A DNA stretch of 64,000 bases from Escherichia coli (GTDB lineage: Bacteria > Pseudomonadota > Gammaproteobacteria > Enterobacterales > Enterobacteriaceae): assembly GCF_050920415.1 (NCBI RefSeq), contig NZ_CP169309.1; one strand, written 5' to 3'. Shown here piece by piece: positions 22,133-36,063 of this stretch. Within the stretch, counting starts at the first letter, position 1; each line of letters begins with the position of its first letter. Below the pieces are notes generated by a model. That model was given only the letters and a program-made list of their open reading frames with translations. It ran no database searches and was not told the DNA's origin. The translations under genes and the position numbers were made by a program.

Positions 22133-23386
22133 GTGAGTCACTGGACTACATTCAAACAAACAGCAACAAATTTATGGGTGACCCTACGGCACGACATTCT
22201 CGCGCTGGCCGTCTTTTTAAATGGATTGCTTATTTTTAAAACAATCTATGGTATGTCGGTCAATTTGCTTGATATTTTCCATATCAAAGCCTTTTCAGAG
22301 TTAGATCTCTCCTTGCTGGCAAATGCCCCACTCTTTATGCTCGGCGTCTTTCTTGTCCTGAACTCCATTGGCTTACTGTTCCGGGCAAAGCTCGCATGGG
22401 CAATCAGTATCATTTTGTTGTTGATAGCGCTAATTTACACCCTGCATTTTTATCCCTGGCTGAAATTTAGTATTGGATTTTGCATTTTTACGCTGGTGTT
22501 TTTGCTGATACTGCGCAAAGACTTCTCCCACAGTAGCGCCGCAGCCGGGACAATTTTCGCATTTATTAGTTTCACGACGTTACTGTTTTACTCCACCTAC
22601 GGTGCGCTTTATTTAAGCGAAGGTTTTAATCCGCGAATAGAAAGTTTGATGACCGCGTTCTATTTTTCGATAGAAACCATGTCAACCGTCGGCTATGGCG
22701 ATATTGTCCCTGTTTCTGAATCAGCACGATTGTTCACTATTTCGGTCATTATTTCCGGCATTACCGTTTTTGCCACCTCCATGACTTCAATTTTTGGTCC
22801 GCTTATCCGCGGGGGATTCAACAAACTTGTAAAAGGAAAAAATCATACAATGCATCGTAAAGATCATTTTATTGTTTGCGGGCATTCGATTCTCGCCATC
22901 AATACGATTCTGCAACTGAATCAACGCGGACAAAATGTAACGGTTATCAGCAACTTGCCTGAAGATGATATCAAGCAACTTGAGCAACGCTTAGGTGATA
23001 ACGCTGATGTTATCCCCGGTGACAGTAATGACAGTTCAGTATTAAAGAAAGCAGGAATCGATCGATGCCGGGCCATTCTGGCGCTGAGTGATAACGATGC
23101 TGATAACGCGTTTGTTGTACTATCGGCAAAAGATATGAGCAGTGATGTCAAAACAGTTCTCGCCGTCAGTGATAGCAAAAACCTGAATAAGATTAAGATG
23201 GTACATCCGGATATCATTCTCTCGCCGCAACTGTTTGGCAGCGAAATTCTGGCACGAGTTTTAAATGGTGAAGAGATTAATAATGATATGCTCGTTTCAA
23301 TGTTGTTGAACTCCGGTCATGGTATTTTCAGCGATAACGATGAACAAGAAACGAAAACTGACAGCAAAGAATCGGCGCAAAAATAG
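22133..23386 (+). CDS. kch: Voltage-gated K+ channel Kch (417 aa, GTG start)
   Basis: Selectivity filter TVGYGD and RCK/TrkA-like C-terminal domain; GTG at 22133 gives 417 aa. Confidence 0.85.
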   Translation: MSHWTTFKQTATNLWVTLRHDILALAVFLNGLLIFKTIYGMSVNLLDIFHIKAFSELDLSLLANAPLFMLGVFLVLNSIGLLFRAKLAWAISIILLLIALIYTLHFYPWLKFSIGFCIFTLVFLLILRKDFSHSSAAAGTIFAFISFTTLLFYSTYGALYLSEGFNPRIESLMTAFYFSIETMSTVGYGDIVPVSESARLFTISVIISGITVFATSMTSIFGPLIRGGFNKLVKGKNHTMHRKDHFIVCGHSILAINTILQLNQRGQNVTVISNLPEDDIKQLEQRLGDNADVIPGDSNDSSVLKKAGIDRCRAILALSDNDADNAFVVLSAKDMSSDVKTVLAVSDSKNLNKIKMVHPDIILSPQLFGSEILARVLNGEEINNDMLVSMLLNSGHGIFSDNDEQETKTDSKESAQK

Positions 23387-23440
23387 AGTTTGAAGACGAA
23401 AGGGCAAACTTATTGGGCACCGCAATGGTGCCCAGAACAT

Positions 23441-23614
23441 TTAGATATTGTAGATCGCAAACAATAACGAGTTACGCTGTTTGTTTAGAATGCACTTCCT
23501 GATGCTGTGGATACGCATATTTCGGCGCGACTGCCCCTCAAGCCAACGCGATTTACGTCGGCTAGCCTGACGCTGCATGCGCCAGCGCCCCACTTCCGTT
23601 CTACTCCGCTTCAT
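23441..23614 (-). CDS. yciY: Small basic protein (57 aa), probably YciY
   Basis: ATG-initiated 57-aa Arg-rich ORF MKRSRTEVGRWRMQRQ between kch and cls; identity from memory only. Confidence 0.4.
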   Translation of the reverse strand: MKRSRTEVGRWRMQRQASRRKSRWLEGQSRRNMRIHSIRKCILNKQRNSLLFAIYNI

Positions 23615-23756
23615 GTTAACTACTCTATGCAATAACAGAATGGTCATTATACCCCCGACCCCGACGCTGACCAGTGCTTTTCCCGCGTTTTTATTTGCCA
23701 GATGAATCCATATGCGTAAACTCATAACAATGCGCTTTCAAAAGGATTTCTAATCT

Positions 23757-25581
<1,825 letters not shown>

Positions 25582-25599
25582 ATAATCGCTTTTGCCATG

Positions 25600-25631
25600 A
25601 AAAAGGGCTGACAACTGTCAGCCCTTATTTT
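25600..25631. terminator. Bidirectional hairpin between yciU and oppF
   Basis: gggctgac-aact-gtcagccc flanked by A-run and T-run. Confidence 0.65.
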
Positions 25632-25633
25632 GT

Positions 25634-26638
25634 TTAAAGCGGATCGACTTTCAGGCAAGACACGGCGTGTCTGAAACTCCCCTCCAGCACAGGACGTGTT
25701 TTGGCACACTCTGGACCGGCAATCGGGCAACGGGTACGGAAAACACAACCGGAAGGCGGGTTGATCGGCGACGGTAATTCCCCTTCCAGTAACTGGATAG
25801 TTTTGTTCTTCTCCAGATCCGGATCAGGTATGGGGACTGCCGACATCAATGCCCTGGTGTAAGGATGTAGCGGATTGTGGTAGACCTCATCATAGGTCCC
25901 CAGTTCTACCGCATGGCCGAGATACATCACCAGCACACGATCGGAAATGTGTTTTACCACGGCCAGGTCGTGAGCGATAAAAATTAATGACAATCCCATC
26001 TCGCGTTGCAGCTGCTGGAGCAGGTTGACCACCTGCGCCTGAATTGACACGTCCAGCGCCGACACCGGCTCATCACAGATAATCAGCTTCGGTTCAAGAA
26101 TAAGAGCACGAGCAATCCCGATACGCTGGCACTGCCCACCAGAGAACTCATGCGGATAGCGGTTAATCAGGTTAGGCAATAACCCGACTTTCAGCATCAT
26201 CGCCTTCACGCGCTCGCGAACTTCCTGGCGTGACATTTTCGGATGATAAGTACGCAGTGGTTCAGCGATGATCTCGCCGATGGTCATACGCGGGTTAAGC
26301 GATGCCAATGGATCCTGGAAAATCATCTGAATATCACTGCGAACGGCACGCCATTCATCGGGCTTCATGCCCAGCAACTCTTTACCTAACCAGGCAACAT
26401 GACCGTCGGTCGCTTTAACCAGGCCAATGATGGCGCGAGCAAAGGTGGACTTACCGCATCCCGACTCCCCTACCACACCTAATGTTTCCCCTTCATACAG
26501 GCGAAGAGTTACACCATCTACGGCTTTGAGCGTTTTCGGCGGTTGCCAGAACCACTGTTTGCCATCTTTGATTTCAAAGTGCACTTTCAGATCGGCGATT
26601 TCGAGGAGGACTTTTCTTCCTTCGGTTACAGCATTCAT
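25634..26638 (-). CDS. oppF: Oligopeptide ABC transporter ATPase OppF
   Basis: 334 aa; Walker [10 protein letters not shown]. Confidence 0.95.
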   Translation of the reverse strand: MNAVTEGRKVLLEIADLKVHFEIKDGKQWFWQPPKTLKAVDGVTLRLYEGETLGVVGESGCGKSTFARAIIGLVKATDGHVAWLGKELLGMKPDEWRAVRSDIQMIFQDPLASLNPRMTIGEIIAEPLRTYHPKMSRQEVRERVKAMMLKVGLLPNLINRYPHEFSGGQCQRIGIARALILEPKLIICDEPVSALDVSIQAQVVNLLQQLQREMGLSLIFIAHDLAVVKHISDRVLVMYLGHAVELGTYDEVYHNPLHPYTRALMSAVPIPDPDLEKNKTIQLLEGELPSPINPPSGCVFRTRCPIAGPECAKTRPVLEGSFRHAVSCLKVDPL

Positions 26639-27648
26639 AACAGTTCCTCCACCGGTTTAAAGCAAGCACGCAGACGGCCAGGCGTAAACTCTTCCAGCGG
26701 CGGTGCGCTACTACAAATTTCCATCGCATGCGGACAACGTGGCTGGAACGGGCAACCTTTCGGTAATCGCAACAGGTTTGGCGGATTACCCGGGATGGTC
26801 AACATTGTTTCACCTTCCGCATCGAGACGCGGCACCGCGTTGAGTAAACCGATAGAATAAGGATGAACGGGTTGATAAAAGACATCGCGCGCGTTGCCAT
26901 ATTCCATCGTGCGCCCGGCGTACATTACCAGCACTTTGTCGCAGATCCCTGCCACCACGCCAAGATCGTGGGTGATCATAATGATGGCGGTATTAAATTC
27001 CCGCTTCAGTTCATTCAATAGCGTCATGATCTGCGCCTGTACGGTGACGTCCAACGCAGTAGTGGGTTCATCAGCAATCAGCAGCTTAGGTCGACATAGC
27101 AATGCCATCGCAATCATGACTCTTTGACGCATGCCGCCAGAAAATTCATGCGGAAACATCTTCATGCGTTTACGCGCTTCCGGCATTTTTACCGCATCGA
27201 GCATCCGCACCGACTCTTCAAACGCCTCAGATTTGCTCATGTTCTTATGCAACATCAGCACTTCCATCAACTGCTCACCGACGCGCATATAGGGATTCAA
27301 CGAAGTCATCGGATCCTGAAAAATCATTGAGATTTGTTCAGCACGCAGTCTATTGAGTTCACGCTCTGGCAAATTGAGGATTTCACGCCCATTGAAGGTT
27401 GCCGATCCGCCAATACGTCCGTTGGCAGCCAGCAGGCCCATCAACGCAAATGCAGTTTGCGATTTACCCGAACCAGACTCACCTACAATGCCCAGCGTTT
27501 CTCCGGCACGTAGGGAAAAATTCAAATCATTGACCGCCGTGACGTCGCCGTCCGGGGTACTAAAGGTGACACGCAAATCTTTCACGTTCAGCAGTGCGTC
27601 AGCCTGTTGTTGTGCGAGCGGCACAGTTGCAGTTTCAATTACGCTCAT
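26635..27648 (-). CDS. oppD: Oligopeptide ABC transporter ATPase OppD
   Basis: 337 aa; Walker [10 protein letters not shown]; 4-bp overlap with oppF. Confidence 0.95.
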   Translation of the reverse strand: MSVIETATVPLAQQQADALLNVKDLRVTFSTPDGDVTAVNDLNFSLRAGETLGIVGESGSGKSQTAFALMGLLAANGRIGGSATFNGREILNLPERELNRLRAEQISMIFQDPMTSLNPYMRVGEQLMEVLMLHKNMSKSEAFEESVRMLDAVKMPEARKRMKMFPHEFSGGMRQRVMIAMALLCRPKLLIADEPTTALDVTVQAQIMTLLNELKREFNTAIIMITHDLGVVAGICDKVLVMYAGRTMEYGNARDVFYQPVHPYSIGLLNAVPRLDAEGETMLTIPGNPPNLLRLPKGCPFQPRCPHAMEICSSAPPLEEFTPGRLRACFKPVEELL

Positions 27649-27659
27649 GGCTGCACTCC

Positions 27660-28568
27660 TTAACGATCTTTCGGGTCGAGGGCATCACGCAAGCCATCGC
27701 CGATAAAGTTGAAACAAAATAGCGTCACCACGAGGAATCCCGCTGGGAACAACAGTAACCATGGAGAGACTTCCATCGAGTTCGCGCCATCACTCAGCAA
27801 TGCGCCCCAGCTGCTTAACGGCTCTTGCGTCCCCAACCCCAGGAAGCTAAGGAAAGATTCAAAGAGGATCATGCTGGGCACCAATAGCGATGCGTAGACC
27901 ACCACCACACCGAGAACGTTCGGTACAATGTGGCGAATAACAATGCCCGGCGTCGATACACCGCCAACTTGTGCCGCCTCAATAAACTCTTTACGCTTCA
28001 GACTCAGGGTTTGCCCACGCACAATACGAGCCATATCCAGCCAGGAAACCATGCCAATCGCCACGAAAATCAGCAGGATGTTTTGACCGAAAAAGGTCAC
28101 CAGCAAAATGACGAAGAACATGAATGGGAAGGAGTTGAGGATTTCCAGCAGACGCATCATTACCGAATCCACTTTACCGCCCAGATAACCGGAAAGCGAA
28201 CCATAAAGTGTCCCCACGACCACTGCCACCAGTGCCGCAGCAACACCGACCATGAGTGAGATACGCCCGCCAATCGCAACACGCACAAGCAGGTCGCGAC
28301 CGGATGAGTCAGTACCAAAGTAGTGACCGGACTCCATATCTGGGGCGCTGGACATCATCGCCCAGTCAGTATCGTCATAGGCAAACTGCGAAAGCATCGG
28401 TGCCAGGATTACAAATAACGCGATTAGCACCAGCACTATCAGACTGGCAACCGCCGCACGGTTATGCATAAAACGTCGACGTGCGTCCTGCCACAAGCTG
28501 CGCCCTTCGACCTCCAGCTTTTCACTGAAATTTTCCAGCGTCTCGCTGTTTTTCTTACTTAACATCAT
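27660..28568 (-). CDS. oppC: Oligopeptide ABC transporter permease OppC
   Basis: 302-aa polytopic permease. Confidence 0.95.
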   Translation of the reverse strand: MMLSKKNSETLENFSEKLEVEGRSLWQDARRRFMHNRAAVASLIVLVLIALFVILAPMLSQFAYDDTDWAMMSSAPDMESGHYFGTDSSGRDLLVRVAIGGRISLMVGVAAALVAVVVGTLYGSLSGYLGGKVDSVMMRLLEILNSFPFMFFVILLVTFFGQNILLIFVAIGMVSWLDMARIVRGQTLSLKRKEFIEAAQVGGVSTPGIVIRHIVPNVLGVVVVYASLLVPSMILFESFLSFLGLGTQEPLSSWGALLSDGANSMEVSPWLLLFPAGFLVVTLFCFNFIGDGLRDALDPKDR

Positions 28569-28582
28569 CGCGAGCTCCAGTA

Positions 28583-29503
28583 TCAGTAACGGATTTTCGG
28601 GTCGATAACCGCATATAGCACATCGACAATGGCATTAAACAAAATGGTTAACGCGCCAACCAGAATGGTCAGACTTAACACTAAGGAATAGTCACGATTC
28701 AATGCGCCATTAACGAACAATTGCCCAATCCCCGGTAAACCATAAATGGTTTCGATGACCATAGAACCGGTAATAATGCCGACAAATGCAGGGCCCATAT
28801 AGGAGAGCACGGGTAACAGAGCAGGTTTTAATGCGTGGCGTAAAATGATCCGCCGCATAGGTAACCCTTTCGCCCGGGCAGTACGTATAAAGTTGGAGTG
28901 TAATACTTCAATCATAGAGCCACGGGTAATACGCGCAATACTGGCGATATAGGCGAGTGACAACGCCACCATTGGCAGTATCATGAATTTAAGCGCACCA
29001 CCATTCCAGCCACCGCCCGGCAGCCAATGCAAAATGATCGCAAATATCATGACTAATAATGGCGCAACCACAAAACTGGGGATAACAACCCCGGTCATTG
29101 CCAGCCCCATCACGGTATAGTCCCATTTGGTGTTTTGTTTTAATGCGGCAATAACGCCAGCACTAACACCCAGTATTACCGCAAGGAAAAATGCTGCGGC
29201 TCCCAGTTTGGCAGAAACGGGAAAACTGGATGCAACCAGGTCGTTGACCGAATAATCTTTATATTTAAACGATGGACCGAAATCGCCATGCGCCAGTTGT
29301 TTCAGGTAGCTGAAATACTGTGTCATGATCGGATCATTAAGATGATATTTCGCTTCGATATTGGCCATCACTTCTGGCGGTAAAGTACGTTCGCCGGTAA
29401 AAGGGCTTCCCGGCGCGAGGCGCATCATGAAGAACGAAATAGTAATAAGAATAAATAGCGTCGGAATCGCTTCCAGACAGCGACGTAGAATAAATTTTAA
29501 CAT
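28583..29503 (-). CDS. oppB: Oligopeptide ABC transporter permease OppB
   Basis: 306-aa polytopic permease. Confidence 0.95.
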   Translation of the reverse strand: MLKFILRRCLEAIPTLFILITISFFMMRLAPGSPFTGERTLPPEVMANIEAKYHLNDPIMTQYFSYLKQLAHGDFGPSFKYKDYSVNDLVASSFPVSAKLGAAAFFLAVILGVSAGVIAALKQNTKWDYTVMGLAMTGVVIPSFVVAPLLVMIFAIILHWLPGGGWNGGALKFMILPMVALSLAYIASIARITRGSMIEVLHSNFIRTARAKGLPMRRIILRHALKPALLPVLSYMGPAFVGIITGSMVIETIYGLPGIGQLFVNGALNRDYSLVLSLTILVGALTILFNAIVDVLYAVIDPKIRY

Positions 29504-29588
29504 TGCCCTACCTTCTGGCCTGTGCCTTCTGTAATGCGATAAAAATCAGACACCGTGGAGCAGGACACTCCTGCCCCACGTATTGCCA

Positions 29589-31220
29589 TTAGTGCTTCAC
29601 AATGTACATATTCCGGGTGTAGGTATTATCCAGCGGATCTTTGCCGGTATAGCCACCAACCCACGGTTTCACCAGACGCGCATTCACGTAGTAATAAACA
29701 GGAACAATGGCCGAATCCTTATCCAGCTGTTGTTCTGCTTTAGTGTACAGAGCTGTGCGCTGCGCCTCGTCAGTCGCTTTCAGCGTTTCCGCCATAATGC
29801 TGTCAAAGGCCGGGCTCTTATAATGCGCGGTATTCATCGAGCTGTTCGACAGCATGGTGTTCAGGAAGGAAGTTGGTTCGTTGTAGTCTGCACACCAGCC
29901 TGCACGGGCCACATCAAAAGTGCCCTGGTGACGGGTGTCGAGGAACGTTTTCCACTCCTGGTTAACCAGTTTGACGTTTACACCAATGTTTTTCTTCCAC
30001 AATGAAGAGGCAGCAATCGCCAGCTTTTTATGCAGATCGGAGGTGTTATACAACAGGTTGATGGTCAACGGTTTGTCTGCGGTATAACCCGCTTCAGCCA
30101 GCAGTTTTTTCGCTTCTTCGTTACGTTTTTCCTGGCTCCAGCCAAACCATTCCGGCTGAGTCAATTTTGCGCCATCAGTATACGGTGGAGTGTAACCATA
30201 GGCGGGCATGTCGCCCTGCGCTTTCACTTTATTAACAATGATATCGCGGTCCATACCCAGTTTCAGTGCGGTACGCACACGTACATCGTTGAATGGCGGT
30301 TTCTGGTTGTTAATTTCGTAATAATAAGTGCACAGGTATGGATCAACGTGAACTTCGTCCGGGATCTCTTTTTTCAGCTTCTGGAACAATTCGATCGGCA
30401 TGTTGTTATAAGTCATGTCGATTTCACCACTACGGTAGCGGTTGACATCGGTAACTTCAGAAGCAATAGGCAAATAGGTTACCTGGTTAATAACGGTTTT
30501 CGCGTTGTTCCAGTAGGTTGGGCTGCGTTCAAGAACGATTCGTTCGTTTACGACCCAATCTTTTAAGGTATAGGCACCGTTGGTGATGATATTACCAGGC
30601 TGGGTCCATTTTTCGCCGAATTTCTCGATAGCGGCTTTTGGCACCGGTGAAGTTGATGGGTGAACAAGTAATTTATAGAAGTACGGAACAGGTTCACTTA
30701 AGGTGACTTCTAATGTGTGATCATCAATAGCTTTCACGCCGAGATCGGTAATCGGTTTTTTCCCTTCAAGAATTTCATCAATACCGGCGATATGCCCATA
30801 TTGCAGATAACTGGCATACGGAGAAGCGGTGTTTGGATCAACAGAACGTTGCCAGCTATACACAAAGTCTTGTGCTGTGACTGGCGTGCCATCAGACCAT
30901 TTCGCATCTTTACGCAAATGGAAGGTCCAGACTTTCGCGTCTTTATTATCCCAGGATTCAGCGACGCCAGGTGCCGGATGACCGTCAAGATCGCTGACCA
31001 GTAAGCCTTCAAACAGGTCTCGGCTGATATTAGACTCCGGAACACCTTCAATTTTATGCGGATCTAATGACTGAACTTCTGAACCATTGTTACGTACCAG
31101 CGTTTGTTTTTCCGCCAGTGTGACGCCTGCGGGTACATCAGCTGCCAGCGCGACATTCCCTGCCATAAGCGCAGCCAGAACGCCAGCTGCTACTAAACTT
31201 CTCTTGGTGATGTTGGTCAT
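29589..31220 (-). CDS. oppA: Periplasmic oligopeptide-binding protein OppA (543 aa)
   Basis: Signal peptide MTNITKRSLVAAGVLAALMAGNVALA; start at internal ATG matches known length. Confidence 0.95.
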   Translation of the reverse strand: MTNITKRSLVAAGVLAALMAGNVALAADVPAGVTLAEKQTLVRNNGSEVQSLDPHKIEGVPESNISRDLFEGLLVSDLDGHPAPGVAESWDNKDAKVWTFHLRKDAKWSDGTPVTAQDFVYSWQRSVDPNTASPYASYLQYGHIAGIDEILEGKKPITDLGVKAIDDHTLEVTLSEPVPYFYKLLVHPSTSPVPKAAIEKFGEKWTQPGNIITNGAYTLKDWVVNERIVLERSPTYWNNAKTVINQVTYLPIASEVTDVNRYRSGEIDMTYNNMPIELFQKLKKEIPDEVHVDPYLCTYYYEINNQKPPFNDVRVRTALKLGMDRDIIVNKVKAQGDMPAYGYTPPYTDGAKLTQPEWFGWSQEKRNEEAKKLLAEAGYTADKPLTINLLYNTSDLHKKLAIAASSLWKKNIGVNVKLVNQEWKTFLDTRHQGTFDVARAGWCADYNEPTSFLNTMLSNSSMNTAHYKSPAFDSIMAETLKATDEAQRTALYTKAEQQLDKDSAIVPVYYYVNARLVKPWVGGYTGKDPLDNTYTRNMYIVKH

Positions 31221-31920
31221 TGTTTTTTGGACTCCCTCATTATAATTACTGGTATTAACCAGCATGTGTAATCCCGGATTGGGACCCTGCACAGGCTCGG
31301 AGACTTTCTGCTGTCAGGTTACTTTATCGTTACGGATTGCTATCACCGACTTTATTTATTCTGGTGATTCAGACGATCACCTTATGTCGATTCGTACTGT
31401 GTCTCCCCTGTCGAGACACATTATTCTTTTGCGACGCTCTTTAATTGTTAATTATTCTCATTACCAATAAAAATCGCCTGGCGGTTGGTCGGAAAGTACC
31501 AAATGCGCTTCTTACTCGCCAATACATTTTGCAAAATTGTTAAGCAATTCTCTTTTATTGACAGTGTCAGAATCTACAGCGCGCGTCCATGCTTTAACAA
31601 ACATCTTTCAATTCAATCAAATAGAGAACTGTTAAGCATGTCTATCTTTTCTGGCTATAGATTAAGTCGTGAAATACACAATAATTTAACAAACGATTAT
31701 TATTTAGCACTTTCCTCTACCAAAGGCAGTGGAATTACTAATATCATTTCAATTATTCTTCAGCAAGCCCAGGATTATGATGTGGCGAAAATAACATGAT
31801 GGTGAGGCGAAGCAGTTAAGGAAATCCTTATAACTAACTGTAATTTCAGAGGAATATTCTTACCTATTCCTTTTGCCTTTGCTTTTGATAACTGCGCGGG
31901 AACAAAGTAAAAATAATGAC

Positions 31921-31948
31921 GAAAAAACGGAGCATGTCAGCTCCGTTT
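31921..31948 (-). terminator. ychE rho-independent terminator
   Basis: acggagc-atgtca-gctccgt hairpin followed by U-run on the minus strand. Confidence 0.7.
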
Positions 31949-31961
31949 CATTTGAAAGGAA

Positions 31962-32609
31962 TTAATTAAGCAGGCCGGGGAAAATCCCCTTAATACCAGT
32001 AACGATAAATTCAATCCCCAACGCCATCAGCAATAGCCCCATAATACGCGTAATCACGTTGATGCCGGTCTGGCGTAAAACCCGTACCAGCCACGGTGCC
32101 ATGCGGAACAATCCCCAGCAGCATAAAGCAAACAATGCAATAGCCACAAAGAAACCAAATAGATAGCTAATACTGTGATAACGCGTACCCCAGACGATGG
32201 TGGAACTAATCGCCCCTGGCCCCGCCATCAACGGCAACGCCAACGGCACCACACCAATGCTTTCACGTACCGCGGTTTCTGATTTTTCTTGCTTGTTCTG
32301 TTTATCCTCGCCAAGCTTGCCGCTGATCATCGACATCGCTATTGTCACCACCAGGATGCCACCGGCGATACGGAATGAATCAATTGATATACCAAAAAGT
32401 TGCAGAATCGTGTCGCCGAGAAAAAGCGAGATCCACAAGATAATGGCCACAGACAGGTTGGCTGTAAGGTTCGTTTTGTTTCGCGCTGCCGCTGTCTGAT
32501 AACTGGTCATGCTGATAAAGACGGGAATAATCCCTACCGGGTTGACCAGCGCAAATAACCCGATGAAAAATTTGAAGTAAACGGGAAAATCAAAAAGGGT
32601 CTGAATCAC
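31962..32609 (-). CDS. ychE: MarC-family inner membrane protein YchE
   Basis: 215-aa hydrophobic protein recognised as YchE. Confidence 0.85.
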   Translation of the reverse strand: MIQTLFDFPVYFKFFIGLFALVNPVGIIPVFISMTSYQTAAARNKTNLTANLSVAIILWISLFLGDTILQLFGISIDSFRIAGGILVVTIAMSMISGKLGEDKQNKQEKSETAVRESIGVVPLALPLMAGPGAISSTIVWGTRYHSISYLFGFFVAIALFALCCWGLFRMAPWLVRVLRQTGINVITRIMGLLLMALGIEFIVTGIKGIFPGLLN

Positions 32610-33085
32610 GGTTAGCTCCGAAGCAAAAGCCGGATAATGTTAGCCATAAATAAGGTTAAAAAGACGCGCTGACAATACGCCTTTTGACAGCATTTTTCAC
32701 CTCCTAACTACTTAAAATTGCTATCATTCGTTATTGTTATCTAGTTGTGCAAAACATGATAATGTAGCCAACAAATCATACTACAATTTATTAACTGTTA
32801 GCTATAATGGCGAAAAGCCATGCTGAAAGGTGTCAGCTTTGCAAAAATTTGATTTGGATCACGTAATCAGTACCCAGAAGTGAGTAATCTTGCTTACGCC
32901 ACCTGGAAGTGACGCATTAGAGATAATAACTCTAATGTTTAAACTCTTTTAGTAAATCACAGTGAGTGTGAGCGCGAGTAAGCTTTTGATTTTCATCGGT
33001 TAAGCAAATCATCACCGCACTGACTATACTCTCGTATTCGAGCAGATGATTTACTAAAAAAGTTTAACATTATCAGGAGAGCATT

Positions 33086-35761
33086 ATGGCTGTTACTAAT
33101 GTCGCTGAACTTAACGCACTCGTAGAGCGTGTAAAAAAAGCCCAGCGTGAATATGCCAGTTTCACTCAAGAGCAAGTAGACAAAATCTTCCGCGCCGCCG
33201 CTCTGGCTGCTGCAGATGCTCGAATCCCACTCGCGAAAATGGCCGTTGCCGAATCCGGCATGGGTATCGTCGAAGATAAAGTGATCAAAAACCACTTTGC
33301 TTCTGAATATATCTACAACGCCTATAAAGATGAAAAAACCTGTGGTGTTCTGTCTGAAGACGACACTTTTGGTACCATCACTATCGCTGAACCAATCGGT
33401 ATTATTTGCGGTATCGTTCCGACTACTAACCCGACTTCAACGGCTATCTTCAAATCGCTGATCAGCTTGAAGACCCGTAACGCCATTATCTTCTCCCCGC
33501 ACCCGCGTGCTAAAGATGCAACCAACAAAGCTGCAGATATTGTTCTGCAGGCTGCTATCGCTGCTGGTGCGCCGAAAGACCTGATTGGCTGGATCGATCA
33601 ACCTTCTGTTGAACTGTCTAACGCGCTGATGCACCACCCAGACATCAACCTGATCCTCGCGACCGGTGGTCCGGGTATGGTTAAAGCCGCATACAGCTCC
33701 GGTAAACCAGCTATCGGCGTAGGCGCGGGTAACACTCCAGTCGTTATCGATGAAACTGCTGATATCAAACGTGCAGTTGCATCTGTACTGATGTCTAAAA
33801 CCTTCGACAACGGCGTAATCTGTGCTTCTGAACAATCTGTTGTTGTAGTTGACTCTGTTTATGACGCGGTACGTGAGCGTTTCGCTACCCACGGCGGTTA
33901 CATACTGCAGGGCAAAGAGCTGAAAGCAGTTCAGGATGTTATCCTGAAAAACGGTGCGCTGAACGCGGCTATCGTTGGTCAGCCAGCCTATAAAATTGCT
34001 GAACTGGCAGGCTTCTCTGTACCAGAAAACACCAAGATTCTGATCGGTGAAGTGACCGTTGTTGATGAAAGCGAACCGTTCGCACATGAAAAACTGTCCC
34101 CAACTCTGGCAATGTACCGCGCTAAAGATTTCGAAGACGCGGTAGAAAAAGCAGAGAAACTGGTTGCTATGGGCGGCATCGGTCATACCTCTTGCCTGTA
34201 CACTGACCAGGATAACCAACCGGCTCGCGTTGCCTACTTCGGTCAGAAAATGAAAACGGCCCGTATTCTGATCAACACCCCGGCGTCTCAGGGTGGTATC
34301 GGTGACCTGTATAACTTCAAACTCGCACCTTCCCTGACTCTGGGTTGTGGTTCCTGGGGTGGTAACTCCATCTCTGAAAACGTTGGTCCGAAACACCTGA
34401 TCAACAAGAAAACCGTTGCTAAGCGAGCTGAAAACATGTTGTGGCACAAACTTCCGAAATCTATCTACTTCCGCCGTGGCTCTCTGCCAATCGCGCTGGA
34501 TGAAGTGATTACTGATGGCCACAAACGTGCGCTCATCGTGACTGACCGCTTCCTGTTCAACAATGGTTATGCTGATCAGATCACTTCCGTACTGAAAGCA
34601 GCAGGCGTTGAAACTGAAGTCTTCTTCGAAGTAGAAGCTGACCCGACCCTGAGCATCGTTCGTAAAGGTGCAGAACTGGCAAACTCCTTCAAACCAGACG
34701 TGATTATCGCGCTGGGTGGTGGTTCCCCGATGGATGCCGCGAAGATCATGTGGGTCATGTACGAACATCCGGAAACTCACTTCGAAGAACTGGCGCTGCG
34801 CTTTATGGATATCCGTAAACGTATCTACAAGTTCCCGAAAATGGGCGTGAAAGCGAAAATGATCGCTGTCACCACCACTTCTGGTACAGGTTCTGAAGTC
34901 ACTCCGTTTGCGGTTGTAACTGACGACGCTACTGGTCAGAAATATCCGCTGGCAGACTATGCGCTGACCCCGGATATGGCGATTGTCGATGCCAACCTGG
35001 TTATGGACATGCCGAAGTCCCTGTGTGCTTTCGGTGGTCTGGACGCAGTAACTCACGCCATGGAAGCTTATGTTTCTGTACTGGCATCTGAGTTCTCTGA
35101 TGGTCAGGCTCTGCAGGCACTGAAACTGCTGAAAGAATATCTGCCAGCGTCCTACCACGAAGGATCTAAAAATCCGGTAGCGCGTGAACGTGTTCACAGT
35201 GCAGCAACTATCGCGGGTATCGCGTTTGCGAACGCCTTCCTGGGTGTATGTCACTCAATGGCGCACAAACTGGGTTCCCAGTTCCATATTCCGCACGGTC
35301 TGGCAAACGCCCTGCTGATTTGTAACGTTATTCGCTACAACGCGAATGACAACCCGACCAAGCAGACTGCATTCAGCCAGTATGACCGTCCGCAGGCTCG
35401 CCGTCGTTATGCTGAAATTGCTGACCACCTGGGTCTGAGCGCACCGGGCGACCGTACTGCTGCTAAGATCGAGAAACTGCTGGCATGGCTGGAAACGCTG
35501 AAAGCTGAACTGGGTATTCCGAAATCTATCCGTGAAGCTGGCGTTCAGGAAGCAGACTTCCTGGCGAATGTGGATAAACTGTCTGAAGATGCATTCGATG
35601 ACCAGTGCACCGGCGCTAACCCGCGTTACCCACTGATCTCCGAGCTGAAACAGATTCTGCTGGATACCTACTACGGTCGTGATTATGTAGAAGGTGAAAC
35701 TGCAGCGAAAAAAGAAGCCGCTCCGGCTAAAGCTGAGAAAAAAGCGAAGAAATCCGCTTAA
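33086..35761 (+). CDS. adhE: Bifunctional acetaldehyde-CoA / alcohol dehydrogenase
   Basis: 891 aa; N-terminal aldehyde dehydrogenase and C-terminal iron-containing alcohol dehydrogenase domains; high-expression codon usage. Confidence 0.97.
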   Translation: MAVTNVAELNALVERVKKAQREYASFTQEQVDKIFRAAALAAADARIPLAKMAVAESGMGIVEDKVIKNHFASEYIYNAYKDEKTCGVLSEDDTFGTITIAEPIGIICGIVPTTNPTSTAIFKSLISLKTRNAIIFSPHPRAKDATNKAADIVLQAAIAAGAPKDLIGWIDQPSVELSNALMHHPDINLILATGGPGMVKAAYSSGKPAIGVGAGNTPVVIDETADIKRAVASVLMSKTFDNGVICASEQSVVVVDSVYDAVRERFATHGGYILQGKELKAVQDVILKNGALNAAIVGQPAYKIAELAGFSVPENTKILIGEVTVVDESEPFAHEKLSPTLAMYRAKDFEDAVEKAEKLVAMGGIGHTSCLYTDQDNQPARVAYFGQKMKTARILINTPASQGGIGDLYNFKLAPSLTLGCGSWGGNSISENVGPKHLINKKTVAKRAENMLWHKLPKSIYFRRGSLPIALDEVITDGHKRALIVTDRFLFNNGYADQITSVLKAAGVETEVFFEVEADPTLSIVRKGAELANSFKPDVIIALGGGSPMDAAKIMWVMYEHPETHFEELALRFMDIRKRIYKFPKMGVKAKMIAVTTTSGTGSEVTPFAVVTDDATGQKYPLADYALTPDMAIVDANLVMDMPKSLCAFGGLDAVTHAMEAYVSVLASEFSDGQALQALKLLKEYLPASYHEGSKNPVARERVHSAATIAGIAFANAFLGVCHSMAHKLGSQFHIPHGLANALLICNVIRYNANDNPTKQTAFSQYDRPQARRRYAEIADHLGLSAPGDRTAAKIEKLLAWLETLKAELGIPKSIREAGVQEADFLANVDKLSEDAFDDQCTGANPRYPLISELKQILLDTYYGRDYVEGETAAKKEAAPAKAEKKAKKSA

Positions 35762-35786
35762 TAAGTAGCGCTGTCTGGCAACATAA

Positions 35787-35813
35787 ACGGTCCCTTCTGG
35801 GGCCGTTTTTTTG
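35787..35813 (+). terminator. adhE terminator
   Basis: cggtccc-ttct-ggggccg hairpin followed by seven T. Confidence 0.7.
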
Positions 35814-36063
35814 TTTTACCCAAAGCAACTTTCCCATAAACCGACAGCATTTGCCTTCATCATATTTACGGCGATGTATAACGCCTACACACAGCGATAT
35901 TGTACTTTACAGGTCACAAGTCAACGTCACTGTAAAAGCGATCTGTGAGGGGTATAGTGGCGTTAAAGAACTGTCGAGAAGGGTATATACACCGGATGAA
36001 GTGCGTAAAATGAACTGACAGGATAAAAGCGCCCTGCTCACCCTGTCAGTAAAGAAATTCTTA

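Noticed and set aside
31485-31799. 104-aa ORF in the oppA upstream region
   Set aside because: AT-rich low-complexity frame with no convincing ribosome-binding site, inside a regulatory leader; kept only as part of the finding on the intergenic interval.
33437-35254. 605-aa antisense ORF running opposite adhE
   Set aside because: It lies entirely inside the high-confidence adhE gene on the other strand, has no recognisable domains and an odd composition rich in Arg, Phe and Cys; long antisense frames are a common artefact opposite strongly codon-biased genes.
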